A DNA stretch of 64,000 nucleotides from Thermodesulfobacteriota bacterium (GCA_965229995.1 OZ245933.1:1451703-1515702), one strand, 5' to 3'; shown: positions 1-9,816, counted from the first letter of the stretch. The notes: a model not told the origin generated them from the sequence alone. Program-made: numbers and translations.

Positions 1-1753
1 CCTCCTCAAACCCCTCTAGCGTGGATGCGGATCTTTGGTGCGGAAGCAAATCCTCGTTTACCCCGACCACGAACACCACGGGAAACTCAAGCCCCTTGGC
101 CGCGTGAATCGTCATTAGTGAAACTTCCTCCTCTCCGGAATCCCCTCTGTCCTCGTCTGTAGAAAGCAGCACGCGGTCGAGAAAATCAGAGAGGGTCTTC
201 TCTTCTGAGCTCTCGGCCGCGTTTAAAAGCTCTTTAAGGTTCTCCACCCTGTGATGCTCTTCTCCGAGGTAATCCAGATAACCGGTACGCTCAAGAAGCC
301 TCTTGATAACGCTTGCCACCGGCTGGTTTTCCGCCACCGAGCGAAGCTCCTTTATAATCTCAAGAAACCGGGAAAGCGCTAGGAGCGCGCGTCCCGACAG
401 AAGGTTTTCCTCCTGGCAGTATTCAATGGCGTCCAGAAGAGCGAATCCGCCGGCATCTGAGACCTCGCGCAGCTTTCGCAGCGTGACTTTCCCTATTTTT
501 CTCGGCGGAACGTTCACTATTCTCTCAAAGCTTACGTTGTCCCTCGGATTCTGAATAAGCCGCAGGTAAGCGACTATGTCCTTTATCTCTGCCCTTTGAT
601 AAAAGCCGACTCCAGACACTACCCTGTAGGGAATTCTCCCTGCCCTGAGCCCTTCCTCAACCAGCCTCGACTGAAAGTTTGCCCTGTAGAAGACCGCCAC
701 ATCACCCAAAGTAAAATCCCCGGATTCGACCAGAAGTGAAATTCGCTCCGCAACAAACTGAGCTTCGTCTGCGCCGTCGCCGGCCTTGAAGACCACCGCT
801 TTCTCTCCCGCAGGGTTTTCGGTCCATAGGTTCTTTTCCTTTCTTCTGAGGTTTTTACTTGCCACCGAGTTTGCAATGGAAAGTATGGTAGATGTCGAGC
901 GGTAATTACGCTCAAGTTTCACTACCCCCGCCCCGGGAAAGTCTCTCTCGAAATTCAGGATATTGTTTATGTCGGCGCCCCTCCACCCGTAAATTGACTG
1001 GCTGTCATCGCCCACCACGAAAAGATTGTGGTGTCGCTGCGAGAGGGTTTTTACGAAGCGGTACTGAACAACGTTTGTATCCTGATACTCGTCGACAAGC
1101 ACGTGAGAGAACCTGTCCTGATAGCGAGCGCAAACATCCTGGTTTTCAGAAAAAAAGCTATTTGTAAGGAGTAGCAGATCGTTAAACGTCATGGCGTTTC
1201 GTTTAACAAGCTCATTTTTGTAGAGATCATAAAGCTCTCTCAATGCGCGGCCGTAAAAATCGTCCCTGAAAAACACCTCCGCCCTGTTCTCAACCCCATC
1301 AAATTCGGAAAGCACGCCCTTGGGCGAGAATAGGCTTTCCCCGTAATCAAGTTCCTTCATGCAGCTTTTTAGGAGGTTCAGCTGATCGTTCTGGTCGTAG
1401 ACAACGAAATCCCGCGTGTAGCCCTCAAGAGAATCCGCCTCTATTTTGAGAATCCGAAGGCAGATCGAGTGAAAGGTGCCGATCCAGATGCCGCTTGTCC
1501 GCTCGCCCGCCAGTTCCCCCGCTCTTTTTTTCATCTCCGCGGCCGCCTTGTTGGTAAAGGTTACGGCCAGAATGTTTCCGGGAGGAACCGAAAGATCGTT
1601 TAAGAGGTAGGCGATCCGGTGGGCTATGACTCTGGTTTTGCCCGAGCCTGGGCCCGCGAGAACGAGCAGCGGGCCTTCTCCGTGGCTTACGGCATCAATC
1701 TGGGAAGAGTTAAGTCCTTTAAGAGAATTCTTTGGCACGGGTACTTGAACCAT
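1..1753 (-). CDS. pcrA: ATP-dependent DNA helicase PcrA/UvrD (partial, runs off window start)
   Basis: Manual translation from ATG 1753 gives MVQVPVPKNSLKGLNSSQIDAVSHGEGPLLVLAGPGSGKTRVIAHRIAYL. Later motifs TFTNKAA, TFHS, LVDEYQD and TIHAAKGLEFPVVFV are present. Absent from the ORF track because there is no stop in the window. GTG 1738 is an alternative start. Confidence 0.93.
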   Translation of the reverse strand, partial: MVQVPVPKNSLKGLNSSQIDAVSHGEGPLLVLAGPGSGKTRVIAHRIAYLLNDLSVPPGNILAVTFTNKAAAEMKKRAGELAGERTSGIWIGTFHSICLRILKIEADSLEGYTRDFVVYDQNDQLNLLKSCMKELDYGESLFSPKGVLSEFDGVENRAEVFFRDDFYGRALRELYDLYKNELVKRNAMTFNDLLLLTNSFFSENQDVCARYQDRFSHVLVDEYQDTNVVQYRFVKTLSQRHHNLFVVGDDSQSIYGWRGADINNILNFERDFPGAGVVKLERNYRSTSTILSIANSVASKNLRRKEKNLWTENPAGEKAVVFKAGDGADEAQFVAERISLLVESGDFTLGDVAVFYRANFQSRLVEEGLRAGRIPYRVVSGVGFYQRAEIKDIVAYLRLIQNPRDNVSFERIVNVPPRKIGKVTLRKLREVSDAGGFALLDAIEYCQEENLLSGRALLALSRFLEIIKELRSVAENQPVASVIKRLLERTGYLDYLGEEHHRVENLKELLNAAESSEEKTLSDFLDRVLLSTDEDRGDSGEEEVSLMTIHAAKGLEFPVVFVVGVNEDLLPHQRSASTLEGFEE

Positions 1754-1759
1754 TTTTTT

Positions 1760-1833
1760 TGGCTGGGGCGGGAGGACTCGAACCCCCACTACCGGGACCA
1801 AAACCCGGTGTCCTGCCGTTAGACGACGCCCCA
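1760..1833 (-). tRNA. tRNA-Gln (anticodon TTG)
   Basis: Reverse complement TGGGGCGTCGTCTAACGGCAGGACACCGGGTTTTGGTCCCGGTAGTGGGGGTTCGAGTCCTCCCGCCCCAGCCA. Anticodon stem CCGGG/CCCGG around TT-TTG-GT, T-loop GTTCGAG, encoded CCA. Confidence 0.97.
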
Positions 1834-2082
1834 GTCGGGAAGAAGTTTTATGTTACCACATTCGCACGACTGTTAAAGCAAAAAACAAAACCCCAGACGC
1901 CGTACCGGTACAGCAGATCAACTCCATCCGGCGAAGGGGAACTGTTTACTTCAGCGGAGCTAAAGGAGGACAATCAGAGAGAAGCACAAATCGGCTAAAA
2001 AGAACTCGGGCCCGACAGTGGTGGCAAAATGCGGTGAGTGTTTGAGCCGGATCCGCCGATTCAGCTTAGAAGTTCGCTCATC

Positions 2083-3402
2083 CTAGTTGCCATCTGAAGG
2101 GTCGTCACAAAAGACACCTGCATATTCTAGCGTGGTGCAATCGTGAATTCCACGTTCCGCATGATCACAATCAAGCAGCTTATCTTCGGTTCCGTCGCAC
2201 TCTACCTCATCAAGCAGATAATATATTGGCGGAGAAGTGGTCCCATTTATCTGGGTTATCGGAGTGCCTCCTGCGAAGCCTAGCTGGCGGCATACAACTT
2301 GCGCTTCTTCCGTGCCCCACCCCAGGTTTTCATCATCTGCCCCATCATCACATATCCCCTTCCACTTCTTGCTCGGCTCATCAAATATCTCAACTATGCC
2401 CGTGAATTCATCCGAGTCCACTGTGACCGTGCCACCACCAAGATCATAACTAAGCATAATGGGCCTTAATCGAAGGGAACCGTCGGGCTTGTCAGTATAA
2501 ACAGGCCCCTCTTCAAAGCTGAAAACCTTCTCCTCGTTCTCTTCATCGTCCGTGAAAGTCAGCTTCACTTTGATCCAGTTTTCCTCATCGTCATCCTGAA
2601 GAACATAGGTGGAGGATGTCGCGCCGGAGATGTCGGTTTCATTCAAGTAAAGATCAACCCTGAGCCACTGATAGCTAAAAGAAGTCTCCTCAGTCGGCTT
2701 GCCGTCCTCATCAGTAATACCGGTGTGATCCGCGGTAAGCGTCTGCCTCAACTGAGTTTCGCCCGTGATCGCGAGTCGGCCTACGGCATCGTTGTTCGTG
2801 GTAGCAGCCGAGCAGGTAACACCAAAAGCCTCTTCGTTTTCGCAATCATGTTCTCCACGCCCTGAGTGTCTGCACTTACCCTCTCCGAGAATTTTTGCTT
2901 CCGAGCCTGCACATTCAAGATTGTCTAGCAGGTAATCCGAATTGTCCGGCAACGTCATCTGAGTTATCGGAGTGCCTCCCGCGAATCCCAATTGGCGGCA
3001 TGCAACCTCGGCCTCTTGCCTGCCGGTCACTCGAACGTTTCCTTCTTTCTCCGTTCCTAGCTCTCCCAGATAATCATCGCATATCCCCTTCCATTCCCCG
3101 GTACCGTCGCCATCCTCATCATCGAATATCTCAAGTCTGCCCGAAGGTGCCGTAGCCGTACTGAGATCAACTACCATACCGGCAGCCGTGTCCACCAGCC
3201 TAAGATCGCCGTCGGAGCTGGTCTGCTGCGTTCTGAGCTCCGCGGGTCCACCCAGAAGCAAAAATCCGAGCAAGAGGCCAGCCGCCACGATAAAAACGCG
3301 CAAAACGTCCAAGGATTTGGCAACTCTTTTTCCAATCCGCGCTACATAATTACCATTGTTCACAAGGTGGTTTCTAAGTTTTTCCAAGCGCGCTATTCCC
3401 AT
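2083..3402 (-). CDS. Secreted or membrane-anchored protein with two scavenger receptor cysteine-rich (SRCR) domains flanking an Ig-like beta-sandwich
   Basis: Two copies of LRL...G(R/I)(L/V)EIF...WKGICDD...EA.V.CRQLGF...LLD..EC.G.E.K...C.H..RG.HDC...E..GV.C, each with 6 Cys. N-terminal hydrophobic segment. Central FSYQW...GATSSTYVL domain. Confidence 0.88.
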   Translation of the reverse strand: MGIARLEKLRNHLVNNGNYVARIGKRVAKSLDVLRVFIVAAGLLLGFLLLGGPAELRTQQTSSDGDLRLVDTAAGMVVDLSTATAPSGRLEIFDDEDGDGTGEWKGICDDYLGELGTEKEGNVRVTGRQEAEVACRQLGFAGGTPITQMTLPDNSDYLLDNLECAGSEAKILGEGKCRHSGRGEHDCENEEAFGVTCSAATTNNDAVGRLAITGETQLRQTLTADHTGITDEDGKPTEETSFSYQWLRVDLYLNETDISGATSSTYVLQDDDEENWIKVKLTFTDDEENEEKVFSFEEGPVYTDKPDGSLRLRPIMLSYDLGGGTVTVDSDEFTGIVEIFDEPSKKWKGICDDGADDENLGWGTEEAQVVCRQLGFAGGTPITQINGTTSPPIYYLLDEVECDGTEDKLLDCDHAERGIHDCTTLEYAGVFCDDPSDGN

Positions 3403-3526
3403 CTTAAAACATCCTTTTTTATATGCAACGACATTTCTATACTACTGATTTTGGGATTATCTGTCATCCCTTTTTATTCGTTAAGCGGAAATGGGAACCG
3501 CAGCCAGACAGCAGGTCTCAAACCGT

Positions 3527-4393
3527 TCAGTCCGCAAGAAGATGCCAGCCGCTTATTCCCTGGGCCAGAAAAACTTCAAATTCAGCGGAGGTTTCCAAGT
3601 ACTCGTAGATTTCCTCCGCTTCCTGCCGTTCCCGGAAAACGGAAAAAACGGATGACCCGCTTCCGGAGACAAGCACGGAACGCGCCCCGAGCGACCGGAA
3701 TATCTCCCTGAAGGAGAGTATCTCGGGGAAAATCCCGAAGACCGCTTCGGAAAGACCGTTTTCAAGCGGAAAGTCTCCGCCGCGGAACCGCTCCGCAAGA
3801 GAAGCGGGATCGGCTCTTTCGGGCAACCGGTCGGGGTGTTCCCACCTGGCATAGATTTCCCGGGTCGACATGTTTTCGCCGGGGAAGAGAATAACGTAGT
3901 GAAAAAGCGGAAAATCCGAAAGCAAAGTCACCCTTTCCCCTATTCCCTCGACAAACGAAGCGGTGCATCTTATAAAGAACGGGATGTCGGCTCCTAGAGA
4001 TGCGGCCATCCGGAGCAGGTCCCGGTCGGTGAATTTCCCAAGAACTTTGTTAAGACCCACGAGAACCGCCGCGGCGTTTGAGCTTCCGCCGCCGAGTCCA
4101 GCGCCTAGGGGAATATTCTTTTTTACTCCTATCGAAACCTTCTCTCGCACCTCGGCAGCCTCAAGATAAAGGTTGCAGGCGGCCACGGCAAGATTGTCCC
4201 TTCCAGAGGGCATCTCCCTTCCGGAAGGAGAAAGACTTACCCCCTCTCCCGGTTCGATCGAAAGGCTTATTTCGTCAAAAAGGCTTACGGGCTGAACGAG
4301 AGACTGGAGCTCGTGGTACCCGTCGGGGCGCTTTCGGAGAATCCTGAGAAACAGGTTTACCTTCGCCGGGGAGAGAAGCTTTACAGAACTCAC
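3527..4393 (-). CDS. ispE: 4-diphosphocytidyl-2-C-methyl-D-erythritol kinase
   Basis: PAKVNLFL, DGYHEL, IPLGAGLGGGSSNAA, LGADIPFF, SGSGS motifs. Confidence 0.96.
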   Translation of the reverse strand: MSSVKLLSPAKVNLFLRILRKRPDGYHELQSLVQPVSLFDEISLSIEPGEGVSLSPSGREMPSGRDNLAVAACNLYLEAAEVREKVSIGVKKNIPLGAGLGGGSSNAAAVLVGLNKVLGKFTDRDLLRMAASLGADIPFFIRCTASFVEGIGERVTLLSDFPLFHYVILFPGENMSTREIYARWEHPDRLPERADPASLAERFRGGDFPLENGLSEAVFGIFPEILSFREIFRSLGARSVLVSGSGSSVFSVFRERQEAEEIYEYLETSAEFEVFLAQGISGWHLLAD

Positions 4394-5130
4394 CTTCGCG
4401 CCACGTCCGGCTCGAAATTCATCGTAAGCCTCACGCTTCTAAGCGGAAGCACTAGTCTTTTGAGCTTGGCTGTTTTTTCGTCAAAGCTCAGCAGAAGCCT
4501 GAACATGATGTATTTTCCCTCCGGGGTTTTTTCCCGCAGCCTGTATTTGTAGACGAAAACACTGCCGCCTTCATCTTTTAGCCTTGCGTACGGACGGCCG
4601 AGAATCTCAATCACTTCGGAGAGGCTTGGGATTTCCTTGTCTTCAAGAGACTTTATAGCCGCGGTGCTGGTTTTCTTAAGCTTTTTCACTTCGGCGCCGC
4701 CCACAGAACCCATTACCTTGCCGAGAACCTCCTTGTTTATATACTTTGTGAGGCGCTCGGGGAAGACGACCTCGCAGAGTTTTCCGCGACAAAGCTTCAT
4801 CCCCATGGCCAGATCGAAATTTCCGCTTTCGGTTTTTCTGCCCGGGTATTTTTTCACCAGATCATAGACCCAAAGTTCCGTGTCCTGTGAAACGCGGGTT
4901 TTCACCGGCGGGGAGTAGACCATAAGCCACGCAATGTCTTCTGCAAGCAGCGCCGGGTTTTTGAAAGAGAGGCGTAGACCGTCGTGGTCGCTCACGCTGA
5001 AATTTTCGCTGAAATTCCCAAGCTGACCCTTTACCTCAAGGAACCTGAAAAGCCGGCATCCCCCCGCCCCCAGACATAAAATGAGCAAAAACGATATGAG
5101 AATTTTTCTTCGCGAAGGCAGTTTTCCCAT
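4390..5130 (-). CDS. Hypothetical lipoprotein
   Basis: Likely start ATG 5130 gives MGKLPSRRKILISFLLILCLGAGGC, a signal peptide with a lipobox-like Cys. Stop overlaps the ispE start. Confidence 0.7.
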   Translation of the reverse strand: MGKLPSRRKILISFLLILCLGAGGCRLFRFLEVKGQLGNFSENFSVSDHDGLRLSFKNPALLAEDIAWLMVYSPPVKTRVSQDTELWVYDLVKKYPGRKTESGNFDLAMGMKLCRGKLCEVVFPERLTKYINKEVLGKVMGSVGGAEVKKLKKTSTAAIKSLEDKEIPSLSEVIEILGRPYARLKDEGGSVFVYKYRLREKTPEGKYIMFRLLLSFDEKTAKLKRLVLPLRSVRLTMNFEPDVARR

Positions 5131-5204
5131 CGGCAATTCGGCATTTCCCCCCAGATGTATTATTATACCGTACAGATAACCGGGATTATCTCTGACAACT
5201 TCAA

Positions 5205-5603
5205 ATGTTCGCAAGACTTTTAATTCTGTTCACCGTGGTTCCGCTCGTTGAGCTGGCGCTGCTCATAAAGCTCGGAAACGTAATAGGGCTCTGGCCGACC
5301 ATATTCATAGTCATAGCGACGGGAGTGCTGGGAGCGGCGCTCGCCAGGAGCCAGGGCACGCGTACCGTCGGCGCTATAAGAGCGGAACTCGCCCAGGGCA
5401 GGGCGCCTACGGAAAGCCTTCTAAACGGCCTTCTCATACTCGTGGGAGGGGTGGTGCTTCTGACCCCGGGACTGCTTACGGATCTTCTGGGCTTCTCCCT
5501 TCTTATTCCCTTAACCAGAAACTGGTTCAAAAAAGAACTTCAAAACAGGCTCAGAAAATACGCGGAGAAAAACTCCTCCTCCGCGACCATAATAATTCGT
5601 TGA
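5205..5603 (+). CDS. fxsA: FxsA family membrane protein
   Basis: PLVELALLI and LLLTPGLLTDLLG signature. Confidence 0.9.
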   Translation: MFARLLILFTVVPLVELALLIKLGNVIGLWPTIFIVIATGVLGAALARSQGTRTVGAIRAELAQGRAPTESLLNGLLILVGGVVLLTPGLLTDLLGFSLLIPLTRNWFKKELQNRLRKYAEKNSSSATIIIR

Positions 5604-5622
5604 AGGGAAAAACAGCCGCCGG

Positions 5623-6198
5623 TTACGGCTGAAACGGTTCGTGGCTGATTTTATGTATTATCGGCATGGAGAAGCTCACCGATTCCATGAGCTTCTGTCC
5701 GTACTCAATCACCCACTGCTCGGGAGCCAGGGCGTAGAAGTCCCCAAGAGTCATCCACTCCCCTCCCCTCACTATCTCCCCGTAGTCGGCGCTTACCAGA
5801 AAAGCTGTCATGTCTCCGCCGTCCATGGCATTCAGCACGGAACACTCAACATAGGAATGGACATCCCTCAAGACGGGACAGCCGTTTTTTCCCTGAACAT
5901 GGTCTATGCTCATAAACTTCCGCTTTTCCCTGCCCGAATAAAAACCGAAGTTTCGCACAAGGGCTATCTGATCTTTTTTCAGAAGGTGAACCACTAGATT
6001 CCTGCTTTTCATTATAAATCCGTGAGTGTGGTTCCCCTTCCATATCCCGATAAGGAGTCTCGGGATGGTATGGACTATGGAGGAGGTAACAAGCGTTACG
6101 GCCACCTGGCCGTTTATATCATCTTCCCGCCTGCTGGTTATGACCACGACCGGGGAATTATGCCAGAAAACCCCCGAAACCGAAGATGCGTCGTTCAC
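5623..6198 (-). CDS. Flavin reductase family protein
   Basis: Split-barrel pattern: PVVVIT, HTHGFI, FG..SGR..KF, GCPVL, VEC.V, GGD. Confidence 0.8.
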   Translation of the reverse strand: MNDASSVSGVFWHNSPVVVITSRREDDINGQVAVTLVTSSIVHTIPRLLIGIWKGNHTHGFIMKSRNLVVHLLKKDQIALVRNFGFYSGREKRKFMSIDHVQGKNGCPVLRDVHSYVECSVLNAMDGGDMTAFLVSADYGEIVRGGEWMTLGDFYALAPEQWVIEYGQKLMESVSFSMPIIHKISHEPFQP

Positions 6199-6337
6199 TA
6201 GAAAACTCCTTTTTTATACCGAGCAAAAATGCTGCGGGAGAATTGAAAAAACATCCCCCTTGTGCTATAGTAACCCGATCTTTTAAGTTTACCCGCAACA
6301 ACGCGTCGGCGCCTTTTAAACAGACTGAAACCCTATC

Positions 6338-7111
6338 ATGAAAAAAATAATCCCGGCGATCGCTTTTCTCTTCTTGGTCGTTGGTGTTCTGCACATCTCT
6401 GGGTGCTCAAAGAAGACTCTCCCGCCTCCCCCACCTGCAGAACCTTCAACGGAAGTTGAGGACAGGATTCTGGCAGTCTCAGAAAAACTTGAAGAAGCCC
6501 GCGCGGAAAACGCCGAAGACACATGGGAGTATCAGGAGGCGGAAAAGCTTTTCGAACTGGCTAAAGATCTGATCAGCAAAGGAGAGCTTGAGGAAGCCGG
6601 AGAAGTTCTTTCTCAGGCGGAACTCAGGGCCACCCAAGCGGTGGGAGCCGTCAGGGAAGATACCTACATGGAGGGTTTTGACGAGGCGGCCCAGGAAATA
6701 CGAAAATCCCTGCTCCGTGACTCCTTTTCCAAGGAAAATCTCGTTAACCTTCCCACTTCGGACGTGTTTTTCGAATTCGACAGAGCGGAGATATCAAAAG
6801 AGGCAATGGAGATAATCGACCGCAATATAAGCGTCTTTGAAAAAAATAAGGACAAGGTCAAATTCATTCTTGTCTTCGGTTTCTGCGACACCCGTGGGAC
6901 CGAGGAATACAACCTGTCCCTCGGAAAAAAAAGAGCGGATGAAATCAAGAAATACATGATCGGGCGGGGAGTGTCTCCTGACATGCTGCACTCCATCAGC
7001 AAGGGAGAGACGGAAATATGGCAGGAGGGGACGTCCGAAGAGGCCTACAGCCGCAACAGGCGTGGGCACTTCATGGCTCTCTCAAACAATACTTCTTCAG
7101 ACAACCAATGA
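6338..7111 (+). CDS. pal: OmpA/Pal-family peptidoglycan-associated lipoprotein with helical N-terminal extension
   Basis: Lipobox ISGC, VFFEFD, GFCDTRGTEEYNLSLGKKRA, SKGE, NRR. Lies upstream of a cpoB-like gene. Confidence 0.8.
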   Translation: MKKIIPAIAFLFLVVGVLHISGCSKKTLPPPPPAEPSTEVEDRILAVSEKLEEARAENAEDTWEYQEAEKLFELAKDLISKGELEEAGEVLSQAELRATQAVGAVREDTYMEGFDEAAQEIRKSLLRDSFSKENLVNLPTSDVFFEFDRAEISKEAMEIIDRNISVFEKNKDKVKFILVFGFCDTRGTEEYNLSLGKKRADEIKKYMIGRGVSPDMLHSISKGETEIWQEGTSEEAYSRNRRGHFMALSNNTSSDNQ

Positions 7112-7929
7112 GAAAAAAATATCTGGCCGTCGCCGCAATATCGTTTTGCTCCATGTTCATGTACGGGTGCGTAGCATCGGAAGGAGACATGGATTTTCTT
7201 TACTCAAGGCAACGGGAAATTGAGACGACCTTAAAAAAGACGCAGAAGGATATCGACTGGCTAAAGGCGGAAGTCAAGAAAGAAGAGAACATTCTGGATC
7301 TGAACGAAAAGACTTTCGAACTTGAAAACAAGCTCCTGGAACTGGAGCAGATAATAGGCGAAATGCACACGCGGAATGAAGAACGCTTCAAGACAATAGA
7401 GGGCAAATTGTCGATGAGCGGAAGTTCCGTATCCCAAGATGCAGTCCCCGAACCGGAAACACAGCCCGCAACGGATTCCCCGAAGACTCAGGAAAGTTCA
7501 ACCGCAGCCCCCGAAATGAAATCCCCTCCCGCGGAAGCGGAAAAGGATCCCAAGGAGAATTACGATCTGGGACGAAAGGAGTTTGCCGACGGTAATTACG
7601 AGGCCGCAAGAGCAATGCTGAGAAAATACCTGGCCGACGCTCCCAGGAGCGATGAGGCTTCAGATGCGATGTTCTTTATCGCGGATTCCTATTTCAAGGA
7701 AAAGCTTTACGAAGAAGCCATACTCGAATACCAGAACATAATCGAAACCTGGCCTGCCAGCCCCAAAATCCCTCTTTGCCAGCTAAACCAGGGACTCGCT
7801 CTTTTGGAGATAGGAAAACCGAACGAGGCAAGTCTTTTTTTCGAATCCCTGATTGAGGCATACCCGGAGTCGCCCGAGGCCGCCGAGGCGAAAAAACACC
7901 TAAAGAGCCTGTCAGCACCGGAAGAATAA
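7108..7929 (+). CDS. cpoB: Tol-Pal system protein CpoB/YbgF (coiled coil plus TPR)
   Basis: Likely start ATG 7108 overlapping the pal stop. Lipoprotein-like signal, coiled coil and C-terminal TPRs ending YPESPEA. Confidence 0.8.
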   Translation: MRKKYLAVAAISFCSMFMYGCVASEGDMDFLYSRQREIETTLKKTQKDIDWLKAEVKKEENILDLNEKTFELENKLLELEQIIGEMHTRNEERFKTIEGKLSMSGSSVSQDAVPEPETQPATDSPKTQESSTAAPEMKSPPAEAEKDPKENYDLGRKEFADGNYEAARAMLRKYLADAPRSDEASDAMFFIADSYFKEKLYEEAILEYQNIIETWPASPKIPLCQLNQGLALLEIGKPNEASLFFESLIEAYPESPEAAEAKKHLKSLSAPEE

Positions 7930-7964
7930 AAACTCCAATTGTGGTCGTCTCCTAACCGTTTCTG

Positions 7965-9248
7965 ATGAATACCGACAATTCAGAAAAGCTTTTTCGCAGG
8001 GCGAAAAACGTTCTCGTGGGCGGGGTAAACAGTCCCGTGAGGTCTTTTGCAGCCGTGGGAGGTTCTCCCCTTTTCATATCAAGGGCCGAAGGTTCTTACG
8101 TATATGACGCGGACGGCAACAGGTTCATTGACTACGTGGCCTCGTGGGGTCCCCTGATCTTAGGTCACTCACACCCCTCGGTCGTAAGCGCCGTTGAGAA
8201 AAGGCTTCCTCTTGGAACCAGTTTCGGCGCCCCGTGCGAACTGGAAACGGATCTTGCCACGCTTATAGCCAGAAGCTTTCCCTCGATTGAAAAGGTTCGC
8301 CTGACCAACTCCGGAACCGAGGCAACGATGAGCGCCATAAGGCTCGCAAGAGCGGTCACCGAGAGGGAATACATAGTCAAGTTCGAGGGATGCTACCATG
8401 GGCACTCGGATTTTCTGCTCGTAAAATCCGGTTCCGGAGCCACGACTTTCGGCAATCCGAGCAGCGCCGGGGTTCCGAAATCGTTTGTGAACAGAACGCT
8501 GCTTGCTCGGTATAACGACATAGGTTCCGTCAAAAGGCTTTTCACAAAGTACCCCCGGAAAATCGCCGGAGTGATAATCGAACCCGTGGCAGGAAACATG
8601 GGAGTGGTAACCCCGGGGAGAAACTTCCTCGAGCAATTGCGTTTGATATGCGAAAAATACGGAGCGGTTCTTATCTTTGATGAAGTCATAACGGGGTTTC
8701 GACTCACAAGAGGGGGCGCCCAGGCACTGTTCGGCGTAACCCCGGACATTACGTGTCTCGGGAAAATAATAGGAGGAGGTCTTCCGGTGGGAGCATACGG
8801 GGCTAGCGGGGAAATAATGCGGATGGTCTCCCCGGAAGGTCCCATGTACCAGGCGGGAACTCTCTCGGGAAACCCGCTTGCCATGGCGGCGGGACTTGCG
8901 ACCATAAAAGAGCTTAACGCAAGAACCTACAGACGCCTGGAGGGCTTAACCGACTCTCTGGTATCGGGAATAGAGGAGACAATAGCCGAGCTTGGCATTT
9001 CCGCCACCGTGAATTCGGTGGGTTCCATGTTCACCGTGTTTTTCACCGCAGAGAGAGTCACGGATTACACAGGGGCGCTTGGATGCGATACCGAGAAGTA
9101 CGCAAGATTCTTCAGAAATCTTCTTCGAAACGGGGTCATGTTTCCGCCGTCCCAGTTCGAGAGCGTATTTGTCTCAACCGCGCACACGAAAAAGCAGATA
9201 AACCAGACGCTTGAAGCCATACGCACATCGCTTGAGGAAATTTCCTGA
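7965..9248 (+). CDS. hemL: Glutamate-1-semialdehyde 2,1-aminomutase
   Basis: GGVNSPVR, NSGTEATMSAIRLAR, FEGCYHGH, DEVITGFR, LGKIIGGGLPVGAYG, YQAGTLSGNP. Confidence 0.97.
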   Translation: MNTDNSEKLFRRAKNVLVGGVNSPVRSFAAVGGSPLFISRAEGSYVYDADGNRFIDYVASWGPLILGHSHPSVVSAVEKRLPLGTSFGAPCELETDLATLIARSFPSIEKVRLTNSGTEATMSAIRLARAVTEREYIVKFEGCYHGHSDFLLVKSGSGATTFGNPSSAGVPKSFVNRTLLARYNDIGSVKRLFTKYPRKIAGVIIEPVAGNMGVVTPGRNFLEQLRLICEKYGAVLIFDEVITGFRLTRGGAQALFGVTPDITCLGKIIGGGLPVGAYGASGEIMRMVSPEGPMYQAGTLSGNPLAMAAGLATIKELNARTYRRLEGLTDSLVSGIEETIAELGISATVNSVGSMFTVFFTAERVTDYTGALGCDTEKYARFFRNLLRNGVMFPPSQFESVFVSTAHTKKQINQTLEAIRTSLEEIS

Positions 9249-9486
9249 GGAGAGAGAAATCAGAAGTCCTAACTGGCTTTTTTTCACCGTAGTCGGCATT
9301 GAATTCGGTTTTTCCGTCATAGCGGGGCTCTTGCTCGGCGACTATATCGACGGAAAACTTGACACCTCCTTCCCTTTCTTTACCCTGCTAGGTCTTGTGT
9401 GCGGAGTAATAGCGGGACTGACCCTGCTTTTGCGGACCCTGAAACTGAAGCAGAAAAAAGAAGAAAGCGACGATGAAAAATCTTAG
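9211..9486 (+). CDS. atpZ: AtpZ/ATP synthase protein I (ATPase gene 1) family
   Basis: Two TM helices with G...G..ID..L.T.P.F.LLG pattern, first gene of the Fo cluster. Start uncertain (TTG 9232 possible). Confidence 0.8.
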   Translation: MKPYAHRLRKFPEEREIRSPNWLFFTVVGIEFGFSVIAGLLLGDYIDGKLDTSFPFFTLLGLVCGVIAGLTLLLRTLKLKQKKEESDDEKS

Positions 9487-9814
9487 TTTCGGCGTTGAGA
9501 AACTGTCTTTGGCCGTAACGGCGCTTCTTTTCGCCGTGAATATTGCCATCGGGGAAAGGGAAGTAGCGGTTGCCATAGCGGTCGCAGGAGTGCTTTTTCT
9601 GCTGGATTACGTGGCCATAAGATTCGTCGTAAAAGCGCTTGCGGAAAACAGGTATTCACTCGCGTTTTCCATGTTCATACTGGTCATGAAAATGCTCGCG
9701 CTGCTTGCGATAATAGCGGTTTTACTCCTATTTGCAAAACTAAATATTTATGGTTTAATGATAGGCTTAACTTCCGTGGTGATAATAATAATAGGTAAAG
9801 GTTTGAAGGGCTAA
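9473..9814 (+). CDS. atpI: ATP synthase subunit I-like membrane protein
   Basis: Four hydrophobic helices, between atpZ and atpB. Confidence 0.7.
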   Translation: MKNLSFGVEKLSLAVTALLFAVNIAIGEREVAVAIAVAGVLFLLDYVAIRFVVKALAENRYSLAFSMFILVMKMLALLAIIAVLLLFAKLNIYGLMIGLTSVVIIIIGKGLKG

Positions 9815-9816
9815 AT

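Noticed and set aside
1760-3526. Integrative element at tRNA-Gln
   Set aside because: No integrase, and I found no duplicated tRNA 3' end (att site) in the window.
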